A stretch of DNA of 64,000 nucleotides from the NCBI RefSeq assembly GCF_009914755.1, contig NC_060947.1; one strand, given 5' to 3'. How positions within the stretch are numbered: position 1 is the stretch's first letter; the number at the start of each line of letters is the position of its first letter. The translations under genes and the position numbers were made by a program. The notes beneath the pieces are model-generated. The model was not told where the DNA came from. It did no database searches and saw only the letters and a list, made by a program, of their open reading frames with translations. Source of the DNA: the human T2T-CHM13v2.0 reference genome, Homo sapiens. Positions 1 to 10,075 of this stretch are shown here, piece by piece.

Positions 1-111
1 TCTGGGTGTAAAAATCCTTCTAAAAAACAGGTAAGACATTTGTGAGGCTGAGGAAAATACATTATAAAGAGGGTAGTAAAGATTTTTCTTCTTCTTTTGT
101 GTGTGTAAATG

Positions 112-275
112 TTTTATTATTATTCAAGTAATACGTGAATACATGCTCATTTGTACAAGAATTCAAACCATGTGTAAATATATAGAGTAAAATGTGAAAA
201 TATTCCTTCAGTTACCGCCTACCACTGTCCCTCCAGAGGAAGCTACTATTAAGAATTTGATTTGTATCCTTTTCC
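112..275 (-). mobile_element. Old L1 (L1ME-like) 3' end fragment
   Basis: Resembles the antisense L1ME 3' end pattern (aagtaatac..catgctcatttgtacaag...ccagaggaagctactattaag..ttgtatccttttcc). Confidence 0.45.
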
Positions 276-334
276 GCCAACATGGTTACACATATTAAGG
301 TAACTAAAAGGGAGAAAAAGTCAGTTTAACAAAG

Positions 335-548
335 AAGTTAACCATGCTTTCTTTGAAGCTGGGCTTCCTGGGTTAAAACCCAGATTCTGTTACTTAATGT
401 TGTGTGATATTGGTGATGTTATCTAATGTCTCTGTGCCTGGGTTTCCTCATAGGTAAAATGGGGATATTAAGCGCTTCATAGACATGTTATGAGGATGTC
501 TTTAGCATGTGTGAAGTATTTAGAATAGTGCCTGGCATATAGTGCACA
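335..548 (+). mobile_element. MIR SINE
   Basis: MIR core tctctgtgcctgggtttcctcataggtaaaatgggg and 3' end tttagaatagtgcctggcatatagt. Confidence 0.75.
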
Positions 549-613
549 CAATTCATCATGGAATCATGATGCATATATTGTTTCACAACTTGTATTCTGT
601 ACACATAGGGGAA

Positions 614-840
614 ATGTAGTGTAGCCATTAAGAGCATGGATTCTGGTTCTGAATCCAATTATCAGGTGCAAATCCTAGTTCTATCATTTACTAGCTTTAT
701 GCCTGTCAGGAAGTATATAAACTTCCTTTGTTTTCTCTGTAAAATGGGGGTAGTAGCTTTAGCTCTAAATTAAGTACTATATATAGGACATTTAGAATGA
801 CTGACATGTAGTAATTACTCTGTAGATGCTTATTATTATT
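614..840 (+). mobile_element. MIR SINE
   Basis: aagagcatggattctgg...caaatcctagttctatcatttactagct...ctgtaaaatgggg, ending in tattattatt. Confidence 0.65.
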
Positions 841-977
841 ATGTCATTGAAAGCACTCAGTTTATTATTTCATGTTATAGATATATTATAATTAATTTAA
901 CAATTCGTAGTTGATGGTCATTTAGATTACTTCTAAATATTCATTGTTACAAAATATTCTGGTATCCATACTTTAAC

Positions 978-1545
978 TAAAGATGGAATTACCATTTGAC
1001 CCATTAGACCCACTGCTGGGTACCTATCAGAAGAAAAATAAATTGTTATGTAAAAAAAAACACCTGTACTTGTGTGTTTATCACAGCACTATTCACAATA
1101 GAAAAGTCATGGAATCAATTTGAGTGTCCATCAGTAGATGATTGGATAAAGAAAATATGGTATATACACACAATAGAATACTACCCAGCCATAAAATAAG
1201 AGTGAAATCATGTCTTTTGCAGCAGCATGAATGGAGTTTGAGGCCATTATCCTAAGTGAAATAACTTAGAAAGAGAAAACAAAATACCACACTTTCCCAC
1301 TTACAAGTGGGAGCTAAATGGGTATAAATGAGCATACGGAGGAAAATAATAGACACTGGAGACTACAGAAGGGGGCAGGTTGGGAGGGGGATGAGGGTTG
1401 AAAAATTACCTGTTGGGTACAATGCTCACTTTTCAGGTGATGGGTATGCTAGAAGCCTAAACTCCACCACTGCACAATATATCCATGTAACAAACCTGCA
1501 CATGTACCCCATGAATCTATAAATATTTTTTAAAAATTAAAATAA
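978..1545 (+). mobile_element. L1 3' end (L1PB-like)
   Basis: End of ORF2 and 3' UTR: gcactattcacaatag, ggataaagaaaatatggtatatacacac, cacttacaagtgggagctaa, catgtaacaaacctgcacatgtacccc, then A-rich tail. Confidence 0.9.
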
Positions 1546-2244
1546 CCTTGTCTCTGCCTTAACTTGTATGAAAAAAAGCTAGTGCTATTAACATTTTCCC
1601 ATTCTCATTGTTACTGAAAACTTGAATAAACATTTTCAAGATCCTCTTTTGGATCACTACCATACCGAACATGTGATCAATCCATGTCATTTTCTTATTA
1701 GTTTGGTTCAATCCCAGGGTGTGAGTGGAAAGCAGAACAATTTGTGTGGTTAAAGCTTTATTTTTGAAGAGTAAACGAAATATGAGAACTAAATGAGCCA
1801 AACAGGACATCTTCTGTGTTTTTACTGTTGGAGTCTCAGAAAAACAAATCTTTAGGTATCCTGATATTTCAAAAAGGTAAGTCTAAAATCTTACATATTT
1901 TGGTTCTTTTTTTTGATTTTCTTCACAGAAGGCTGTAAATATGAATATAAGTGCATTTCCTGGAAACAGTTATAACAAACAGTGTTGTCTTATAAGAGGA
2001 AAATTGTATCTTGAATCAAGTATGCTTTTTTCTTTCATGCTTTTGTAATGTTGAGAAAATTGGAGGTGTAAAGATTGCCAATTGCACTAAAGAGCCACAC
2101 AAAAGTCTGCAATAAGTGCTAAGTAAGATTTTAATACAAAACAAGAGAAGAGAAGAAAGTGAGGAGGAGTGGAGGGAGGGAAAGGGAAAGAAAAAGAAAA
2201 AAAGATTGATAATGAAGTTGAGAAACCTATTTACATTTACATTA

Positions 2245-2345
2245 TTTTTTAAATTCACAAATAACATTGTATGTTTTTATTATGTACAACATTTTGGAGT
2301 GGTTAAATCTAGCTAATTAACAAATGCATTATCTCACATAGCTCT
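2245..2345 (-). mobile_element. L1MA-like 3' end fragment
   Basis: T-rich tail then gtacaacat...gagtggttaaatctagctaattaacaaatgcatta, typical of L1MA 3' ends. Confidence 0.55.
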
Positions 2346-2714
2346 CACCACCGAAATGATAACTATTCACTTACATTATTCAAAAAGTAAAGTGGCTGTA
2401 TTTATGTTTTCAATCAACAAATTTGCAGGAGTCCAAACTGTATATAAATTTCCACATCTTATATACATTCTAAGGTATAGTAATTTACTTCAATCTATGA
2501 CTCAAATGACATTAATTAAAAAGGATAGTTAAAACCAATTCCTTGACAGCTGCCTTCATTTTAAGTAGACTCTTTGAAGATAGAAAGTTTATCATTTCTA
2601 AATAAACCCTTAAAGATAGTTGAATATAATAATTATACATTTGTATGTTTGTACTTCTAACACTTGCATGTGCACCATATAATATTACACTGACAATAGT
2701 CCCGTGAAGATTCA

Positions 2715-2872
2715 TTAAATGATGTGTGCAGTATCATCATTTAACTGCTGAAAAATTTGAGACCGCAAAATGTTAAATAAATTAGCTTATGTTAAAAGTT
2801 CATTGCAGAACGGAAACCCAGGTTTAGTTATTCCTGGTCCTATTTCCTAAACTTTGAGCAACACGGCTTCCC
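2715..2872 (-). mobile_element. MIR SINE (degraded)
   Basis: Antisense MIR-like core: tgaaaaatttgagaccgcaaaatgttaaataaattagc...aaacccaggtttag. Confidence 0.45.
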
Positions 2873-2940
2873 TAAATTACTTTTATTTCACGTAGGAGTT
2901 AAATACTTATTTGACATTTTTAATGTACATTGCCTTAATG

Positions 2941-2959
2941 AGTTATTTTATATTACAGG
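2941..2959 (+). other. Splice acceptor of the terminal coding exon of the TASL-like gene
   Basis: ttattttatattacag|G, with AG at 2957-2958, 41 nt before the ATG at 3000, which has A at -3. Confidence 0.55.
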
Positions 2960-2999
2960 AATATACTAGAAACTTACTTTGTAAAACTTGTCTAACAAA

Positions 3000-3925
3000 A
3001 TGCTTAGAGAAGCTTTCCTAATTGATCTTCTGTACAAAGAACAGAAATATGCAAAATTTTGCAAACCATTTACATGTAAGAAGACTGAAAAGGAAACTTG
3101 GAAAAAGAAGATTTTAGATAGAGAAGAAAATTCACTTTCCTCTGCTAAGATGGAAAATCAAGAAACAACTAGGAAAGAAAGTGTAACAGAGCAAAATGAT
3201 GATACAGATCAAATAAAATCTGTGGATGAGACAACTGTAGCAAAATGCAAAGGTATTACCTCTTCCAGGAAATGTGTCAGTTGCGTTGCCCATTTCAAAG
3301 AGAGAAAAACATGATCAAAGACAACTAGATTTATATAGATCCTGGTTGTGTATGAGTATTTGTCACAATTATTCTGACCTACAGATTGGAGGTGACGATG
3401 TGAGGAACATGTGTGATTCAGGCTGCTTTATGGAACACACACATAATGATGTTTTTAATGGTCCCCTTTTGTTTTCAGTTGGTAGGCCACTGGGTCATTC
3501 TCCTGTCATTGGGCCTCTAGAGACATTACCTACCTCAAAATTATTGAATGGGGATGAAAGCCAAGAAAAAAGTATGTTGTTTCATAAACAGCCCCTCTCT
3601 AATTCTATGCTTAATACTTATATGGAAAGAAAGGTGGACTAGCTCTGCAAACAATTATTGGAAGAAAATCTCACCAGATGCCACTCTGTAACCAATCTTA
3701 TGGCTTCCAATTTGCTAATGAATAATGTAAATTACATCAGCTTTCAAATCTCTCAAGAGCAGAACATTGAGTTATGGAAAGCTCAGGAAGCTGCCCTACA
3801 CTCTACCACTATGTAATCTGTGTAACATTTCTCATGGAAAGAGTGGAAAGAGTTCTTAATTCAGTACCCCTGACTTACAAATATCGAACCAGACAAGTAG
3901 GGAACTTCTATCACATCTACAGTAG
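3000..3925 (+). pseudogene. Disabled TASL/CXorf21-family (DUF4569, pLxIS adaptor) paralog, 'TASL-like'
   Basis: Three consecutive frames give: MLREAFLIDLLY (3000; TASL MLSEGYLSGLEY), SVDETTV (3219; SVDETQV), CMSICHNYSDLQIGGDDV (3349; CKSICKNYNDLQIAGGQV), GPLL (3460), PLSNSMLNTYMERKVD*LCKQLL (3592; PISNAVLNEYLEQKVVELYKQYI), LMASNLLMNNVNYISFQISQEQNIELWKA (ILASELIMTSVDQISLQVSREKNLETSKA) and FSTPDLQIS (3860-3886; ISTPSLHIS), ending at TAG 3923-3925. Lesions: frameshift between ~3240 and 3311, TAG 3640-3642, frameshift near 3802, TAA 3857-3859. TASL sequence is recalled from memory. Confidence 0.9.
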
Positions 3926-4380
3926 ATAACAAATGTAGGTTGTTTGGACAGACTTAAGAGACTGCAATAACAAGAGTTTTTTCTAGCTTATCATGTCACA
4001 TCTAGCCTTCTTTGGGGTGTGGTTATTATAGTTTTTGAGAAATGATTTGACCCATGGTACATCTGAATTCTTATAGGAGACAACTATAGTAACTACGTTT
4101 TAGAGTGCAAGTTCTTAATGTGTTGATATTTTAATAGTTGCCAAACTAAACTCTGTATGCGTTTACCTATTTAATTGTCACTGGCACCCCAAATCAATTA
4201 CCTCAGTGTCGCACAGCTTTATTTACAACAAAAATGGGATGAGGAGTGGATTATTGCTCCAAGATACTGAAGGACCATGAGAAGGTATATCAGAGAGGGA
4301 CATTTATTTCCCCACAAAAACGCATTTATACTGACAATCAAAATAGTCTAGGGGAAATTATGATATGTAGTTATGGATAT

Positions 4381-4478
4381 GGATATCTATATCTGGATAT
4401 CTATATGTGGATATCTATATCTGGATATCTATATGTGGATATCTATATCTGGATATCTATATGTGGATATCTATATAT
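4381..4478. repeat. Minisatellite: 7 x 14-bp units alternating GGATATCTATATCT / GGATATCTATATGT
   Basis: Read directly; units start at 4381, 4395, 4409, 4423, 4437, 4451 and 4465. Confidence 0.95.
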
Positions 4479-7248
4479 CAAGATTGAGTATGGGGACATA
4501 TAAAAGGAAATACTTTAAACAAAAGTCAAATTTAAATGATGTTTGAAAGAAACATGGAGGGAGGGCTTAAGGAAAAATGGAAAATTTGTAAGTACCATTT
4601 ATATTGAAACTTGGTGCTTTGGAACTTTCCTGGAACGAGCATTAGCTGTTTTATATCACTGTTATCTCTGGTTGTTTTTAGAGATGGGAGGAAAAAAAAC
4701 ACACAGGTAGAGTGAAGAAAGTAGAGAACCACCATTTAGAAATAAAAAGGTTCTCAGCAACTTATTACACATCAGATTATCCTCAATCATGATCCTGGCA
4801 GTAGTTTATTATGGAAATTTTTGGATCCAAATTAAATAAATTAACAAAATATATCTAAAGTAACAGTATAATTTATTGCAGACTTGGAAAGAAGACTCCA
4901 TACTTTTAATAGAAATAGGAAAATGATAGACATGCACTTCTGTGTTGTAAAATAAAATGGTATTGATTTCTGTTATAGAATTCTTACAATTGCATTATGC
5001 ATTAATAAGATTTGTGCATTGACAATCATATATTCCCTTCCATCCCTTCCAATTTTTTCTTGGGTCTTTGATTAACTCTTGTAGAATGAGTCACTGTAAT
5101 GCCCTAATAGCTCGTTTTTTATGATCACACAATACTTCGTTTATTTTCACCCTCTTCAAATGTATATGATCTAATAATAGTAAGTACCCCTGATTTGTCT
5201 TCTGTTTTTCTCTTTATTGCTCCCTTCCACACCATCCTCTACCATAACCATACCAATTAATGTTTATCATTCAGACATTTGATTCTGAAGAGACAATGAG
5301 TAAGAGTTTAAAGTAACTCAGTATCTTTAGATATTGAAAAAAAGTTGTATGTATATTGTCTTTTATGCTGTTAAATTTCGGCATTTTAATAGGAGAGTTA
5401 CTAAAATTATGAAATATTAATGTTAACATTTACAAAAGTGAATTAAATATCATGGGACAGTATTACTAGTGTGGATTGTTTTCTTAGGTCCAGTAATATG
5501 TATTAATATTTTTGAAACAGATATATTCATAAAGTGTTGAAATTACATAGTATCATATACAAAACCACAGTATTTAGTATATATCAAATTTATAAATGCA
5601 TTTAATTACGCTCTCATATTTAAAATTTCCCCCTCTTTATCTGTGTCATCAAAATATTTATCATCTAAAGATACTCACTTATGGTTAAAATGGTTTAAAA
5701 ATATAATGCAATTCTTAAGTAAGGAAAGATGATGAATTTGGTGTTACGTTTTATCCTGACCTCATACCTACTGACTTCAGTGCTTGAATGAAATATGCAT
5801 ATGACGTTGTGATTTAGCATAGTTTGGCTTTAAGTAGTCATTCTTCATTCTGTTGTTCACCATCGGTATTATTTATATGACCATAATGTTCCCTTTCAAA
5901 ACATTTTTTGAAATGTATGGAATAATAAATTTCTTTTTGTCTCACATTTGCAGAAGTTGAAAGTATTCGTTTTGTGCTTCTATGAATATACAAAATGTAA
6001 ATGATTCAGTCGTTGGGGAGGATCATCATGTTTTCTGGTAGGAAAAAAAGTCAAGGAGTTTATGAAGGATGCTGAATACAATGTTGCTCCCTGCTTATAT
6101 AGATCAGTTTAATTTACATCCCGTCTTTGGATTTCAGGTCACTATTGTGGGTCCCAAAGTAGATTTGACCAAGTCTCAGGAAGTTTTCTGTCAAGAGTGT
6201 CCTTTAAACACCAACACCTATTTAAGAGATACAGTCTATACTGTACTCCTGGAATTTTCAGGCTCATTTTGTCTTATAGGTTAGTCCTCAAAAGAAGCCA
6301 GTCTCCCCGAGGTTATTAAGACTGGACCTAACACTATGATGGTCCATTCAAGGTTGTAAGCAGACTTTCTGGGTCTTACTAAAACTTGTTTTTGGAAATG
6401 GAGAAACAAAGTAAATAGTTCCTGCTTTGGGGATGGAAGTATCTAATACCACGAAATTATTTTCCTGTTAAAAAATTAAAGGAATATATTTTTTAAGATA
6501 GTTTACTTTGAAGAGGTAAATGGCTAAACTTAGCATTATTACGTAATGTATGTGTGGATGAAGGGTGGAGAGGTGACTTGATGAGAATTAGTGTGTAGGA
6601 TAAACTGATAAACTGGAATAATTGTGTAGTTAAAGGAATGATTTTTTTTAGTCAATGCAGAAAGAAATCAACAAATTAATATCAACAGATATCTATTAAA
6701 TCAAATTAAATGTAGTTTAATGTTTTCATAACTAGTCACTTGCATGGAAATTTAGCCAGTCAACTATGTATGTGTGAAAATCCATGAAAAAATGAAATAA
6801 TAATTTGAAAGCAAAATAGTTATCACAGTGTTAAAATTAAGCTAGGTGTCCTTTTATTACCTAGGGGCAATTTGGAGCTTTTGGTCCTCAGTTACATTGT
6901 TATGTTCTTTTCCTCAAGGTCTAGTAAATTTGTAAAAATGGCCTTATTATTACATATTGGTTCAGTATTTGTTAGGGTATAAATACACACCATCACTTGG
7001 AGTTTTATGAAATAGCCTCTAAATAATTATATTGAAGATCATATCTGTAAAGTGATGTGAAACAAATTAAGGTATATTGACTGCAACTTAAAAAATACTG
7101 AATCAGTGTTATGGGAAGCTGTCTTTGAATTGTTCTGCTATTTCTATTTAAAGCTGAGAAACTTGTAGCTTACAAAATTTCTCTATAGTTCTGGTTCTAT
7201 TTCCCCAAATGAGTGGAGGCAGTTTATTACGAGAAAAATAAATTGTGA

Positions 7249-7709
<461 letters not shown>

Positions 7710-8011
7710 TGAATAGAATTGAAAAAATTTAACAACTCAGGATCCCAGGGACTTGTGTGGTTCTACCTCTTTCATTTAAGGGTTCAGCTTTACTTTAAGG
7801 AAGTCTTGTAATTGTATAACACCCTTGTAGTCTTCTGCTTAAGAGAAGCTTAGAAATTGATATTATAACGGTTTTAATGATATGGGACCAGCTTGTGTCT
7901 GTAGCAGATCTCCAAGGCCAGTTGAAAACCAAAAAGGAGTTCTCAGATCTTTCTGTCTTTCATGTAGAAATATCTTCAGAACACACCATATATTAAGAAA
8001 AATTGATTGGC

Positions 8012-8120
8012 TCTTCATGTATTAAACAAATACTTACTGAGCACTGTGATAGGTAATAGGAATAAATGGTGAACAAAAATGATGCAATTCCTGTTTTTCA
8101 CTGAGCTTATAGTCTAGATG
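8012..8120 (-). mobile_element. L2 3' fragment
   Basis: aacaaatacttactgagcac...gagcttatagtctag pattern. Confidence 0.55.
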
Positions 8121-9146
8121 ATGTAAAAGCAGAGAGCAATAGTAAATCATCACAATCCAACTTTAGGGATATGAGAAGTACAAGCACGCAGCTCTAGATC
8201 ATTCCACACTGGTAGTTCTGTCTGCTTGTTCTGTTCATAATCTAGTCTGAATCTTGTATCCAGGACTGCTATTTTGCTGGTGTACAACAGTGTGGCTCTA
8301 ATGGCCATTAAACATGTTGAATTCTTTCCATAGCAGCTGATATGAAGCTGCTGCCCCAACCCTCCAAATCCTCCCATCATGAGAATCTTGGCAACTCTGG
8401 CTCCGCCCTCTGGACCTTTGTATCTTCTCATGATCCAGCATCTACACAGACAAACATGGAGCCTCTAGTACTCAGCTCCAATACTACCTGTGGTACTTCC
8501 TGTCCCTATGAGTTGTTAAATATTTTGAGTCTCATTTCTGCATGTATGTACTTCAGTATTGAGATTCCCGTTTCAAAATCCTGCTCAGTATCACTAGTAT
8601 CCCTAGGCTTGGGCCCTACTTTTTTCATACAGTTTCTAAGTAACTGAAGACCTATTCCAGAACCTCAAACTTTGACTGGACCTTCCTCACTCTTACTCAC
8701 CTTTCTTGATTCTCTTTTGCTTTGTTTTCAATCTTTATTGCTGTGTGCTTCTTTAAGATCACTTGCTTCTTGATATACTATACAAATGCAGGTTGACTTG
8801 GAATTATATATTGCCTGACACCTGTTGACCAAATTAAGTGATCTGAGAGGACCACATTTTGGATGCTGGATATTGATTATCCTGAGCATTTATTCCTGCT
8901 TTATATGTCAACTAAAACTTAAAAACTACTGATAGTGCATTGTGCTTCATAAAGAAAGGTATTTCTGTTTCAAACACTGAGGACTTATACTTTAAGGCTC
9001 AACTATAAAAAAGTGTCCATGCCCTCAGAAGACCTGTCTATGTGAAGTTTTCTGAATGAGCTTTGCCCATGAACTGAAAATTTTATTACCTATTAAATGC
9101 CTGTCTATTTAGCAGGGAGCGTGCTGCTATTATTCATTGTCATTCA

Positions 9147-9375
9147 GTGATAATAATAGTTACCATTTGGAGTATCTATTATGTGGTACGCACTCTGCTA
9201 AGAGCTTTATTCACATTATCTCAATTATTTCAACAACCTTATTATATTATTACCCCTATTTTAGACAGGAGGAAATTAAAATTGAGAAAAGTTAAAAATT
9301 TGTCCAAGATTATGCAGCTCATCAGGGTGAGTATTCAAATGAAGTTATTTTGACATCAGAACCTCTGCTTTTAAC
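9147..9375 (-). mobile_element. MIR SINE
   Basis: ataatagttaccatttggagt...tattacccctattttagacaggaggaaattaaaattgagaaaagttaa...ttgtccaag. Confidence 0.8.
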
Positions 9376-9560
9376 TAGGGTTGCCAGATGTATCAAATAA
9401 AAATACAGGATACTTGGTTAAATTTGAATTTCAGATAATCGACAAATTATATTTTAGTATAAAGTATGTCCTCATGCAATATTTGGGACACACTAATACT
9501 AAAACATTATTTCATTATTAATCTGAAGTCCAAATTTAACTGGGCATCCTGGCAACCCTA
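9376..9560. mobile_element. MER53 palindromic MITE (DNA transposon)
   Basis: Terminal inverted repeats TAGGGTTGCCAG / CTGGCAACCCTA and an internal near-palindrome (gttaaatttgaatttcagat ... atctgaagtccaaatttaac). Confidence 0.85.
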
Positions 9561-9944
9561 CCTTAAAAACTACCCTATACTTTTCCCAGGGTTATTAAAA
9601 AAACAGAGAGAATGTGCAATATAGGGAGTAGTAGAGCAGAACCTGAAGGCAGTTGGTGGAGAATTGAGGGACCCAATGAAGGAGGTAAAGACCAATAATT
9701 CTGGAGGCTGTAAATACAAGGTACCATTTATAGAGGCATTACCTTGAAGGAGAGCTTGGGAGAAAGATTTGTCTTCTAGGGACTCTATAGTCTACCAGAG
9801 ATTTTTTTTTTCCTGTGGTAGGTGTGTAGAGACATCCCTGTTTCAATCCTGTTACACAACTGAATCATGTAATGAAACAGGTGGAAAGAGAGCTGGAAAG
9901 AGCAAAGAATGCATAATGAGAATATTTATGTTTTAATAATGTTG

Positions 9945-10075
9945 CAACTCAGCCACTCACTAACTGCCTGACAAGACACACTGTTTCTCCCAGTCTCAAT
10001 CTCCTCATCTGGAAAATGAGGATAGCAACACTTGCCCCAACTATATCACAGGAATTTTATGAAAATTAAAGGGAG
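9945..10075 (+). mobile_element. MIR SINE
   Basis: cagtctcaatctcctcatctggaaaatgaggatag core. Confidence 0.6.

Noticed and set aside
2988-3642. Two separate intact short genes (108 aa and 122 aa ORFs), or TASL itself
   Set aside because: They are consecutive frames of one frameshifted gene whose homology continues past both stops, and the sequence is too diverged to be TASL, so no symbol is given.
4246-4503. 85-aa ORF with a GYLY repeat; CRISPR-like periodicity
   Set aside because: Produced by the 14-bp minisatellite; there are no unique spacers and the context is eukaryotic.
6118-6218. Glycerol-kinase-like remnant (GVGV* on the minus strand; also FGIP near 38501), considered because TASL neighbours GK
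   Set aside because: Only 4-residue matches, on opposite strands and not in GK exon order; consistent with chance.
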